Part shown: positions 39,266 to 49,321 of the stretch, in pieces
How the letters are laid out: the number at the start of each line of letters is the position of its first letter
Numbering within the stretch: position 1 is the stretch's first letter
Source: an uncultured Methanosarcinaceae archaeon
GTDB taxonomy: Archaea > Halobacteriota > Methanosarcinia > Methanosarcinales > Methanosarcinaceae
NCBI GenBank assembly: GCA_963847185.1
Contig: CAWJYV010000004.1
Location: 215,864-279,863, forward strand
Reading direction: 5' to 3'
Length of the DNA stretch: 64,000 nucleotides
The notes under the pieces: generated by a model
Told to the model about the DNA's origin: nothing
Seen by the model: the letters and a program-made list of their open reading frames with translations, nothing else
Databases searched by the model: none
Position numbers and translations under genes: made by a program

Positions 39266-40612
39266 ATGGGCCTTAAAAAATCTATTGGATTTACCTGTGT
39301 GATATTGCTCAGTCTTTTACTATTATGCTGCGGACCCTCCATGGCTGAAACAAATCTTACGGAGCTTAACAGGGGCTTGAGTATTGACCTGCTTAACCAG
39401 GATCCTGATCCTGTAAATCCGGGAGACATTCTCGAAATCAGCCTTGCAGTCGAGAACACTGAATATGAGGATTTAGAGGATTGTATTCTGGAAATCAAGC
39501 CTGAATATCCTTTCAAAGCTCTTTCAGGTGAGAAGCTTACATATAATATAGGTACGCTTGGAAAGCGTTCTGAGGACGACCGCAGGAAAGTAGTGAAGTT
39601 CAAATTGGGAATTGAAAACGAAGTCAATGAAGGTAAGTATCCTCTCAAAGTGCACCTTTACTCAACAGACAACGAGGAAGAATCTACTCTTACTCGAGAA
39701 GTAACTATAGAAATCGATAGTGAATCAAACGCAGAAATAGAACATATAAGTGTTGAAAAATTGGTGCCTGGAGAGAAGACAAATCTTGTTTTCGGAATAA
39801 AAAATGTAGGGAATTCCCCTCTAAAAAATGCGATGTTCTCCTGGGACTGCACAAACGATGTAATCCTGCCTGTAGGCTCCAGTAATGTCAAACATATCAA
39901 CCTTATCGATGTAGGGGATACAGCCAATGTCAGCTTTGAGGTATTGACTAACGTGAACACAAAGCCAGGCCTGTACAAGCTTGACATGGTTCTTACCTAT
40001 GATGACATCGAAGAACTGAAGACAATTACTGAAGCAGGCACCGTAGAAAACCAGAAACGAAAACAAATCAAAAGTAAGGCAGGCATCTACATAGGAGGAA
40101 CCACGGATTTCGATATTGCCTTCATGGAAAAAAGCCCGACTGGAGCCTATACTTTTTCAGTTTCTAACATAGGAAACAACGGCGCAAATTCGGTAAAAGT
40201 CTCAGTCCCTGTGCAGGCAAACTGGACAGTAAAAGATAGTGGTAACTCGGTAATCCTCGGAAACCTGCAAAAAGGAGACTATACATATGCGGATTTCAAT
40301 CTGGAACCTAAAGTTACTGGCCAGGATCTGCCCATAAGGTTTGAAATAAGTTATACATCAAGTGACGGACTGAGGCAGGTCGATGAAAAGACAATGTCCC
40401 TGTATGCTTTACCTTCTGATTTCGAGACCGGCTCAAAAATGTCTGATGAGAATAATAAGTCAAGTCTGGGCTCATCTAAATTTTTACTTCTCATTGTTCT
40501 TGCTACAGTAGGTTTTCTTCTTTATAGAAAACATCAGAAAAAGATGAAAGAAAGGAATAATGGAAAAGGAATCGGTGAAGAGCAAATTGAAGAAAAGAAG
40601 ACAGACGAATAA
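39266..40612 (+). CDS. COG1361-type (S-layer domain/Ig-like) membrane-anchored protein
   Basis: Signal peptide, NQDPDPVNPGD, repeated KNVG/SNIG beta-sandwich motifs and a C-terminal TM. Its position between ABC ATPase and permease is usual in methanogens. Confidence 0.8.
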   Translation: MGLKKSIGFTCVILLSLLLLCCGPSMAETNLTELNRGLSIDLLNQDPDPVNPGDILEISLAVENTEYEDLEDCILEIKPEYPFKALSGEKLTYNIGTLGKRSEDDRRKVVKFKLGIENEVNEGKYPLKVHLYSTDNEEESTLTREVTIEIDSESNAEIEHISVEKLVPGEKTNLVFGIKNVGNSPLKNAMFSWDCTNDVILPVGSSNVKHINLIDVGDTANVSFEVLTNVNTKPGLYKLDMVLTYDDIEELKTITEAGTVENQKRKQIKSKAGIYIGGTTDFDIAFMEKSPTGAYTFSVSNIGNNGANSVKVSVPVQANWTVKDSGNSVILGNLQKGDYTYADFNLEPKVTGQDLPIRFEISYTSSDGLRQVDEKTMSLYALPSDFETGSKMSDENNKSSLGSSKFLLLIVLATVGFLLYRKHQKKMKERNNGKGIGEEQIEEKKTDE

Positions 40613-40636
40613 ATCCGAAATCAGGCCCGTGGTTCC

Positions 40637-42006
40637 ATGAAGCCGGCAAAGATTTTAAAAATTGCCCTGAATATGGTCAAAGCCAATAAGCTGAGGAGCT
40701 GGCTGACCATAATAGGGATAATTATAGGCATTGCCTCGGTAATGGCAATCGTTACAACTGGGGAGTATTTCCAGGACCAGGTGACCGAAACACTCGAAGG
40801 GTTTGGAGGCGATGTTATTACAATCGTTGCCTCAACCCCATTTCAAGTAACTGAGGAAGGAGAAGTCGCAGAAATACTGTCGTAAGTTCAGAAGATACAG
40901 GAGAAAATTCAGGAGAGATTTCAGAGGCAACTGTAGACGGAGGAGAATCTGAAAACAATACATCGAGTGCTATAGAGCTTCCGTCCATAAAAGAATCCGA
41001 ACTCACAAAGCCGGATGTGTTTACTCTCCTGAGCATCCCGGCTGTAGAATATGTCAATGTTAATGTTGAAGATGGAGCAGAGTTGACATTCGGAAGTGAG
41101 GTAACTTCTGTCTGGATAAAAGGAGTGGACCCGAATGTCTGGCCTGAAATAACCAATAAAGAAGTGGAACAGGGCAGGATGTTGAAACCTGGAGACAGGT
41201 CAGTTGTTGTAATTTCGAAAGAACTGGCAAACGATACTTTTGAGAGGAAGATCAGGCTCAACCAGATGATTCTCCTCAACGGCAGATCTTATAGAGTGGT
41301 TGGAATCCTTGAAAAGGACGGAGGGCTTCTTGGAGGCCTTGGAGGGCTTTTCGGGAGCAGTATATACATGCCTTACCAGGATGTATATTCTCTTCCGTAT
41401 AGTGATGAGGATATACCTGTAAGAGAGCGGGAAGTCTACAACAGCATAGAAATAAAGCTTGATAAAGAGGCAGATTATGATGCAGCCCTTAAAGAGATCG
41501 AACGTAAATTAAGGCTCTCGAGGAGAGTTACTGAAGATACGCAGGACTTCTATGTGAGTTCTCCTAAAGAAACAATTGAAAGCACTCGAAAATTGATTAA
41601 CGGACTTACAGCATTTCTTGCATTCATTGCAGGTATATCTTTACTTGTAGGCTCTACAGGAATTGCAAATACAATGTTTACATCTGTCCTCGAAAAAACT
41701 AAAGAAATTGGAATTATGAAAGCCATAGGGGCAAAAAACAGAGACATCATGCTTATCTTTCTCTGCAATGCCGCGATGATCAGCCTTGTAGGGGGAATTA
41801 TAGGGATTTTTCTTGGCACAGCTGCAGTTCAGGCAATTCTCTTCTTTATATCAATAAAAATGAAAGTTCCCTTTGAATTTGCTCTCAGCCTGAAAGGTAC
41901 AGTGATTGCAACTCTTGTTTCTATTATTGTAGGATTGATTGCGGGTCTTGTGCCTGCAAAGAATGCAGCTGAGCTGAATCCTGTAGATGCATTAAGGTAT
42001 GAATGA
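40637..42006 (+). pseudogene. MacB/FtsX-type ABC permease interrupted by a 1-nt frameshift
   Basis: N-terminus NKLRSWLTIIGIIIG (40637..40885) and C-terminus GIANTMFTSVLEKTKEIGIMKAIGA...NPVDALRYE. Adding one A to AAA at 40872-40874 restores a ~456-aa protein. Confidence 0.88.
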
Positions 42007-42151
42007 ACGTGTAAAAGGCAAAGACAATAACAACAGGTAAAAGACAAAGACATTGACTTCAGATTCGCAAACTCTAATTGAAAAGGACATATAAAAATTA
42101 ATTGAACAGAGAATGAATTAGTTTAAACTATTTCATGAATATGATGTAAGA

Positions 42152-42901
42152 ATGAAAAAAAATGTTCAAAATCTCAGTTCCAAAAAAACGGAGATAAAGC
42201 TTTTTATAAGAAAAATTTATGACTGCCTCCTTATCTCCTACGGCCCTCAGGGCTGGTGGCCTCTAACTGAACTTCACGAAGCCGGTAGGGCAAACCCTAC
42301 AAAAACCGGCTCTATCCGGGGATATCACCCTGCAGATTATACTTACCCCAAGACCAGAGACCAGCAATTTGAAATAATCTGCGGGGCCCTGCTTACGCAG
42401 AATACTAGCTGGATGCAGGTCGAAAAAGCTATTTTTAACCTGAAACAGCTAAATGCTCTTTCTCCTGAAGCTATAATTTCCCTTTCCTCTGAAATTTTAA
42501 AAGAGGCAATCAAGCCAGCAGGCTATTATAACCAGAAAGCAGTGCGGCTCAAAAACCTTGCCAGCTGGTTTCTGGAGCTTGAAGGTAGAATGCCTGAGAG
42601 AGAAGAACTTCTCTCTTTAAAAGGAGTAGGGCCTGAAACTGCAGATTCCATTCTGTTGTACGCCTTTAAGCAACCCTCTTTTGTAGTGGATGCATATACA
42701 AGAAGAATCGTAACAAATCTGGGTCTTGCTGACGAAAAGGCAGGCTATGATCAAATCAAAGCGCTCTTTGAAGAAGATTTGCCCCGTGATCCGGAACTTT
42801 ATCAAGAGTTCCATGCCCTGCTGGTTGAGCATGCGAAAAGATATTATCAGAAAAAAGACAGATATGCCAGATGCCCTCTTCTTGATATTGTTCATAATTA
42901 G
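42152..42901 (+). CDS. HhH-GPD superfamily, endonuclease III-related protein (COG2231/MJ1434-like)
   Basis: YGPQGWWP, GALLTQNTSW, AGYYNQKA, LKGVGPETADSILLY and VVDAYTRR. Confidence 0.88.
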   Translation: MKKNVQNLSSKKTEIKLFIRKIYDCLLISYGPQGWWPLTELHEAGRANPTKTGSIRGYHPADYTYPKTRDQQFEIICGALLTQNTSWMQVEKAIFNLKQLNALSPEAIISLSSEILKEAIKPAGYYNQKAVRLKNLASWFLELEGRMPEREELLSLKGVGPETADSILLYAFKQPSFVVDAYTRRIVTNLGLADEKAGYDQIKALFEEDLPRDPELYQEFHALLVEHAKRYYQKKDRYARCPLLDIVHN

Positions 42902-43005
42902 ATTATCTGGTAATTGCTCAGGATTAAAAGATTTTAAGGGAAAAAGAAGTTAGCTACTTGCGAAATTTCAGGTGAAATTATCGCTGTATATCTCTTTATC
43001 CTGTT

Positions 43006-43057
43006 TGAACACTTGGTTCTAAGGGACTGAACACTTGGTTTTAAGGGACTGAACACT
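43006..43057. repeat. 22-bp tandem repeat (2.3 copies)
   Basis: TGAACACTTGGTTCTAAGGGAC TGAACACTTGGTTTTAAGGGAC TGAACACT. Confidence 0.9.
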
Positions 43058-43170
43058 AAATTAAGCTCTTAAATACCAATCTAATTTGTTTTTCCAATTT
43101 AATTTATGTCGTTTTGCAGTGCTTTGTGCTTTTCAATTTACTTTTTTACTATCTGCTAATAGCAATGTTA

Positions 43171-43392
43171 TTATAAGATCTTTATTTCATTCCAATCGGA
43201 AAGTTCTGCATCAAGAACCCCTTCATGAACCATCTTCTCAATCTCATTCTCAACCTGTCTGTAAGTAAACTGGTAGTCATGTGAGATTGCGGAAATGATA
43301 TCCGGACTATGGCAGAACCTGTTCGGAAACGCCTTATTGAACATTGATACGTTTTCGATAATCAAATTTCTGAGCTGTTCCATTTTTTTCAC
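43171..43392 (-). CDS. Small hypothetical protein (possible winged-helix-like)
   Basis: 73-aa ORF with a GAGGTG RBS near the start; helical pattern ending VENEIEKMVHEGVL. Confidence 0.65.
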   Translation of the reverse strand: MKKMEQLRNLIIENVSMFNKAFPNRFCHSPDIISAISHDYQFTYRQVENEIEKMVHEGVLDAELSDWNEIKIL

Positions 43393-43798
43393 CTCGCTTC
43401 ATTCATTCTGTTTTATTTTTCTCTTTTACTTTAGTTGATTCAATTTTCTACTAATTTAATCTTAGATTATGGTTCTCTTCGACAATACATAATACTCCGA
43501 TGAATATATATAGATTTTCCAAATAGCCAATATAGAAATAAATGTTCTATATGCCTTACATGAACAATAAAAAGAAGTTTCTCTGATCTCAGAATATCCA
43601 AGGAAGAGTCAGATTTCCTTCCAAGATCTAGAATAAGCTGGTATGAGTGGGAATGAGTCATTGAAAACTGCAAGCATAGGAATCTCTCTATATTTTTCTC
43701 AATATAAGGGAAATATACTCACTTTTTCGGACTCGATCAATAACTCATACCCACGACCACAGATTCTTCCTTTATTATTCTCTCGGCATTTTCTTCCT

Positions 43799-44446
43799 TT
43801 ATTTTTCTTTCAGCATTTTTTCCATCTCAGCTGCGATTTTTCTGACTTCAGCTATATCATCAGTTTCATCCAGTCTGCAAACAAGTTCAAGCATCCTTTC
43901 TCTCAGGAAATCCAGGTCATCAAGGGCAAAATTCAATTCTTCAACGAGGATTCCCAGGCTTTTTGCTTCGATAAGGCCTGAAAACTTTTGAGGATCTGCT
44001 TTTACAAGGAAAAGAGTTTCGGGAGAGTTAAGGTCCACATCGTATTCTTCCTCAAAAGTCCCTTTAAGGAGTGTTTTGAGCCACCTGACCTTTCTTATGT
44101 GGTTGATAAAATTACTGAGCTGTTTGTACTCGTAGTTTCCTGTAATCTTTCCTATCAGAATCTCGTTTTTGCTTTTGAGCGGGACAGCCACAAAGTCCCC
44201 TTTTTTTATTTTCGTAATAAAAGAGCATATTTCTCCTGCCCAGGCACAGCCACGTACTTCCTGCATCCCGGGGTATTTTTCAAGCATGAGTTTCTTTACC
44301 TGCTCCTCATTTTTAATTTGAGAAAGGTTCGGGAACTCAGCCCATCCTATGGTGATCACGCTTTCTTTCAAAATTATTTCTTCGTCTTCTAAGGTACCTG
44401 CGGCTTTGAGCAACCAGAGTTTCATAACCTGTCTCCTCATTATCAC
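43799..44446 (-). CDS. Protein resembling the N-terminal domain of COG4127/Mrr-type restriction proteins, without the nuclease domain
   Basis: WLLKAAG...ITIGW...IKKGDFVAVP...IGKITGNYEY...HIRKVRW, followed only by a short helical tail with no PD-(D/E)xK or (D/E)xQxK motif. Confidence 0.65.
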   Translation of the reverse strand: MIMRRQVMKLWLLKAAGTLEDEEIILKESVITIGWAEFPNLSQIKNEEQVKKLMLEKYPGMQEVRGCAWAGEICSFITKIKKGDFVAVPLKSKNEILIGKITGNYEYKQLSNFINHIRKVRWLKTLLKGTFEEEYDVDLNSPETLFLVKADPQKFSGLIEAKSLGILVEELNFALDDLDFLRERMLELVCRLDETDDIAEVRKIAAEMEKMLKEK

Positions 44447-44615
44447 TTATTTGATTATACGAATATCTTTTAGTTGAAAATCCCGTTGAATATTTCTTAA
44501 CTGAAAGTCTATATAAATATTTATTAATTGATACTGTTTCTAAATTACCTGCGCCCTCTAAAGAAGAAGGATATGTCTGCCGGTTTTTTCAAATTTAATT
44601 TTAGAAAGTAAATTA

Positions 44616-46154
44616 TCATGCGCGTATTCTGAATACTTTAGGAATGCGGATTCCAATATTATACCTGATAGTCTTCCGAATCTCGCCTATTATGTTCATT
44701 TCAGTTTTGTCCATTATGTTTGCATACTGGATAAGCGCAAAATACACAAAAACAAAGGCCGCGTACTCCCAGGCTGCTCTGGAAAGCAGGAGCGTATTTT
44801 TCGCTGCAAGCATGGATACAATTATAAAGACACAAATGAGGGTTAACTTCCTGTACATCGAAGTGAAAGGATGCATTTTTTCTTTTTTCCAGGTTCTCAA
44901 TGTCATCAGAATTTCTATTGATATATAAGATATTGAAGATGCTATAGCTGCACCTACCATGCTGTATTCAGGTATAAGTATGAAATTGAGAATCACATTA
45001 AGCCCTGCACTTGCTACCGAGCATTTCATCAGGAAGTCAGAGTCTCCTGATGCCATTATTGTGTGATAATTAAACCCGAAGTATGAGTTTGCTATAAACC
45101 CCAGAGAAAGGATACGCAGGACCTGGGAACCACTTACATATTCAGCTCCGTACAGTTTGGTAAGAAGAAACTCGGGATATACGAACATTAATGCAAATAT
45201 GGGGAATGTAAGTAGGAAGCACCATTTAGTCGTTATCTGGTAGACAGAGCCAATAGACTCGATCCTGTTTTCTCCCCATAGCTTTGATGTTACAGGGACA
45301 TACACAAAACCCATTGCACTTATTACTATCGTCAGGAATCCTACAAGAGGGTATACTGCATTGTAAACTCCAACGACTTCAGCTGACTCGAAATAACCGA
45401 GCATTATAGTATCTGTCCATGTCATGAGATTCAGCAGGGTTGCAGTTATCAAAAGCGGAAATGAGTACCTTATCAACTGCTTTGTGGGCTCACTGAATTT
45501 AAGTTTCCATTCCAACTTGAAAGGGGGACTTTTCATAAAATACATTGACATTATGCCGAAAGTAAAGACCATGGAAAACAGGTCTGCAAATACGATTCCT
45601 TTCAGGGGTACGCTGAAAAGCACGGCAGCTGAAGCAAATCCAAGAAAAGATATCGGCCTTACGATGTTATAGAAGTACATATTAACATTCGTGCGGTCAA
45701 ATCCTCTATAGATTGCTATTGTCACGTTCAGGAGTATGGTAAACGGAATGGCAAAAATAAGGATCTTGACTATTGACAGAATTCTGTCCTGTACGTCAAA
45801 TCCTCTTCCTGCCAGACATTCGAAAAGTATAGGTGATATCAGCATTGCAAATATACTGGCAATCAAGCCCATAATTATGGCCGAAATCATTACTTCATGA
45901 ATTTTGTACTCTTCATTCCTACCCCTGAAATATGCAATATATCTCGGCACCCCATCGCTGAGTCCGAGAGTTGCAATTGCACCTGTGATTGATATTGCCG
46001 TAAGGGCAAGGGAATATATGCCAAAGTCTGTTGGCGGGAGGTATGACGTGAGTAATCCTTTAAGAACTATATCTAGAGATTGTCCAAGAAGGGTTCCTGC
46101 AAATATTACGCCAGAACCTGTAACTATCTGGTTAACTGAGTTACTAACTGACAT
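44616..46154 (-). CDS. Oligosaccharide flippase (Wzx/AglR-like, MOP superfamily)
   Basis: About 14 TM segments with DFGIYSLA, DTIMLGYF, VGVYNAV, LNVILNFILIP and GAAIAS. Confidence 0.9.
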   Translation of the reverse strand: MSVSNSVNQIVTGSGVIFAGTLLGQSLDIVLKGLLTSYLPPTDFGIYSLALTAISITGAIATLGLSDGVPRYIAYFRGRNEEYKIHEVMISAIIMGLIASIFAMLISPILFECLAGRGFDVQDRILSIVKILIFAIPFTILLNVTIAIYRGFDRTNVNMYFYNIVRPISFLGFASAAVLFSVPLKGIVFADLFSMVFTFGIMSMYFMKSPPFKLEWKLKFSEPTKQLIRYSFPLLITATLLNLMTWTDTIMLGYFESAEVVGVYNAVYPLVGFLTIVISAMGFVYVPVTSKLWGENRIESIGSVYQITTKWCFLLTFPIFALMFVYPEFLLTKLYGAEYVSGSQVLRILSLGFIANSYFGFNYHTIMASGDSDFLMKCSVASAGLNVILNFILIPEYSMVGAAIASSISYISIEILMTLRTWKKEKMHPFTSMYRKLTLICVFIIVSMLAAKNTLLLSRAAWEYAAFVFVYFALIQYANIMDKTEMNIIGEIRKTIRYNIGIRIPKVFRIRA

Positions 46155-46753
46155 GCCAGCACCGTTTTATCACCCTTAGTTGCAATCTTTCCAGACTGAA
46201 GAGCAAACCATATCTATTGAATAAAATCCCTTTTTTTGTTGATTCTCAGTTTTCTTATACTCTTGTCCGGGAAAAACCTGAAAAATGGCACAAGACAAAG
46301 AATAGAAGCACCATGCTCTGGATTCCTTTACTCTTTTGTACGAACTCTCTTTTTTAATCAAACTATCTATACACTTATTATTTTTCTGGGCAGTAATATT
46401 GTATTAAGCCTATTTTAAACTTCCTGAAAATTTATAGCTATAAAAAGCATGTAAATATTGAAATTAATAAAAAAGTTGAGGGTGGAATAAAAATAAAAAG
46501 CGATACTTGAATTAAAATATATGAAATATACTTTACAGTTTTCTTAATATCCCAATAATCATCTCTCTATAATAAAAATAAAAATCTGAAGCGAATATGG
46601 TCAAAAGAGAGCTCTTATACAAATTTGATTTTTTCCCAAATACCAGATCTTTACTACTAACACCTCTTTACTACCAACACGCCTGCTAATTAACCGCTTC
46701 TCACATCTAATCTTCAAGAAAAGCCTTTTAAGTCCCTATCTTCAACTGCAAGT

Positions 46754-47548
46754 ATGAACAAAAGGGTTTTTGTCGGAGTTGACGGATGCAGTGCAGGCTG
46801 GTTTGCAGTATTCCTGACTATGCAAAATGAGAAAAAGAGTGAGAAAAGCTGTGAATGGGAGATCGGAATTTTCCCAAAGTTTTCTTCTCTGGTCGATTTT
46901 TTGAAAAAGGGATATGAACAGGCGGAGCCTCTCATCCTTATCGACATCCCTATTGGCTTGAAGGCCGGAGGCAGCGGGGAACGGCTTTCTGACCTTGGAG
47001 CCCGCAGGATCTTAAAGGCCCGCAAGTCCAGTATCTTTCCCGTACCCTGCAGGGAAGCTGTGTATGCCGAAACCTACGAAAAAGCCTGTGAGCTCAATGA
47101 AAAGCTTACCGGAAAACGCGTCTCTAAGCAGGCATGGAATATAGTTCCCAAAATCCGGGATGTGGACGGCTTTCTGACTGAAAATGGAATCTTCATGGAA
47201 AAAATAAAGGAAGTGGGGCCTGAAATCTGCTTTCAGACGTTTGCAGGTCATCCCATGAAATATTCTAAAAAAAGTTCGGAAGGTTTTCTTGAAAGGAAAA
47301 AAACCCTTGGAAATATTTGCCTGTTTACGGATGAACTTGTCGGAACAGCTCTTTCAAGGTATAGGCGAAAGGATCTTGCAAAAGATGACATACTGGATGC
47401 GCTTGCAGCTGCAATAACTGCAAAGGCAGGATGTATGTACGGGTTTGAGTATGTGCCTTTTGAGCCTGAGATAGACAGCCAGGGAGTAAAAATCCAGCTG
47501 GTTTACGTTCCTGAGTCAAACTCAAGAATTAAGCCATGTAAAGAATGA
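46754..47548 (+). CDS. DUF429-family protein (predicted RNase H-fold nuclease)
   Basis: VGVDGC...GW, LIDIPIGL, EVGPE and DDILDA. Confidence 0.82.
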   Translation: MNKRVFVGVDGCSAGWFAVFLTMQNEKKSEKSCEWEIGIFPKFSSLVDFLKKGYEQAEPLILIDIPIGLKAGGSGERLSDLGARRILKARKSSIFPVPCREAVYAETYEKACELNEKLTGKRVSKQAWNIVPKIRDVDGFLTENGIFMEKIKEVGPEICFQTFAGHPMKYSKKSSEGFLERKKTLGNICLFTDELVGTALSRYRRKDLAKDDILDALAAAITAKAGCMYGFEYVPFEPEIDSQGVKIQLVYVPESNSRIKPCKE

Positions 47549-47552
47549 AGCA

Positions 47553-48377
47553 TTAATGATCTAATTCCATTATTCTCAGAAAATCTTCTTCATCCAGAGG
47601 TTTGGCTCCTTCTGTGCAGTATTGAAAAAGTTCTTTCCCCCAGATCAGGGCTTTTTCTCCAGAACAAAAGACTAGCTGATCCCTGAACTTTCCATCAGTT
47701 TCTAAAAGTTTGAATGCAAGGAAACGGTCCGTTACAATAACTGAGGGAATTGCTGCCGGCTTTCGTAAAATTAAAAATTTTGATTTTCCGGCTTGTATAA
47801 GCCCCAGTGTCTCTTCTCTAGAACGTAAGAATAAACGTTCTGCAACGTTTTGAGTTACACAGAGATTAACTTCAGTTCCACTCTCGGCAAGCTCTAAATA
47901 AATAGAAGGAGCTTCAGGATGGAAATAAGATGTAAAAGTCATGATCTCTTTTGAGCTCAACATATTTTCCAGAAGTGTCTTTGGAGTCTCAACAAGGTGG
48001 CCGACATCAGGTTCCAGAACTTCTGAATGCTCGAGTTCATCAATTCTCTCTAAAAGAAACTCAGGGATTGAGTCTAAATCATGGCTCTTCCAGTACTCAG
48101 CATTTTCTTCAAAAAACCCTGCGGTATTAAGAAACGGCTGCAGATTTTCGGCAATTATTTCCCCTATTTCTGATAAACCGTATACTTTATTTTTTTCATT
48201 TATCAGACCTGCATATTTCATTTTTTTAATATGAGGTTGAATAGTACTGGCGTCTACCCCAAGCATTTCTTTTATTATATCAATATCTCTTGGCCTTTCT
48301 TTTAGAAGGAACAGGAGATCTTTTCTTCGGTCTGAAAGAAGAATAAGGTTAATAATAGACTCGTTCATCATGCTCAC
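47553..48377 (-). CDS. Winged-HTH transcriptional regulator with DUF1724-like C-terminal domain (COG4742)
   Basis: LSDRRKDLLFLL...IQPHIKKM...YGLSEIG, YWKSHDLDSIPEFLLERI and ALIWGKELF. Confidence 0.85.
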   Translation of the reverse strand: MSMMNESIINLILLSDRRKDLLFLLKERPRDIDIIKEMLGVDASTIQPHIKKMKYAGLINEKNKVYGLSEIGEIIAENLQPFLNTAGFFEENAEYWKSHDLDSIPEFLLERIDELEHSEVLEPDVGHLVETPKTLLENMLSSKEIMTFTSYFHPEAPSIYLELAESGTEVNLCVTQNVAERLFLRSREETLGLIQAGKSKFLILRKPAAIPSVIVTDRFLAFKLLETDGKFRDQLVFCSGEKALIWGKELFQYCTEGAKPLDEEDFLRIMELDH

Positions 48378-48604
48378 TTAAGATCTATTCTTTTGCATGT
48401 GTGTTAATATATTAAAAGCTTTTTTATTTTAAATTCTAACATAGTTTTGGATTTAAATTAATCATTTATTCAAGGCTTGTTTGTCTTAGAAAAGGGAAAT
48501 TGAAATAAAAAAGAAAATAAAGAAGAAAATAATAATTATCTCCTGTTGATAAAAACATTGATTCTAAAAAGAGTCTTTTAGTCGACTACAGGTGATCAGA
48601 AGAA

Positions 48605-49321
48605 ATGGAACTTTCTATGGAATTCATCCTTATTCCTGCAGGGGAATTTGAAATGGGCTCTCCACTGCGTGAAAAGCGCAGAAAACTCTGGGAAGGTCCC
48701 GTGCACAGAGTAACCATTCAAAAGCCCTTTTACCTGGGAAAATACCCAGTTACACAGGAACAATGGCAAAAGGTTACGAGGAATAATCCATCATACTTCA
48801 AAGGCGAAAATCGCCCTGTTGAGAACGTTTCCTGGGTCGAAGTCCAGGATTTTTTCAGAAAACTTAACTGCCTTGAAAAGACCGAAAATGACTGCAGCAG
48901 CTCTGTCTACCGCCTTCCAACCGAAGCAGAATGGGAATATGCAGCCAGGGACGGGACTACGACAAGTTACTTCTTCGGAAATGACGAATCGAAACTCACT
49001 GAATATGCCTGGTTTCTTGAAAATTCAGGATTTGAAACTCATCCCGCCGGCTTGAAAAAACCAAACCAGCGGGGACTTTACGATATATACGGAAATGTAG
49101 GGGAATGGGTTCAGGATGAGTACCATATCAGTTACAACGGTGCTCCTGCAGACGGAAGAGCCTGGGAGAACTCATTCCCAGGTTTATCCATTCCTGTGCG
49201 AATAAGGAAAGGGGGAGGCTGGAACGGGAATGCCGGCTGCTGCAGGTCCGCCGAAAGGCTTTTTGCGCCCCAGGACAAGAAACTCAATAGTCTTGGATTC
49301 AGAGTGCTTAGAGAAGTATGA
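48605..49321 (+). CDS. Formylglycine-generating-enzyme (SUMF1/FGE-sulfatase) family protein
   Basis: IPAGEFEMGS, RPVENVSW, RLPTEAEWEYAAR, GLYDIYGNVGEW and GFRV. Confidence 0.92.
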   Translation: MELSMEFILIPAGEFEMGSPLREKRRKLWEGPVHRVTIQKPFYLGKYPVTQEQWQKVTRNNPSYFKGENRPVENVSWVEVQDFFRKLNCLEKTENDCSSSVYRLPTEAEWEYAARDGTTTSYFFGNDESKLTEYAWFLENSGFETHPAGLKKPNQRGLYDIYGNVGEWVQDEYHISYNGAPADGRAWENSFPGLSIPVRIRKGGGWNGNAGCCRSAERLFAPQDKKLNSLGFRVLREV

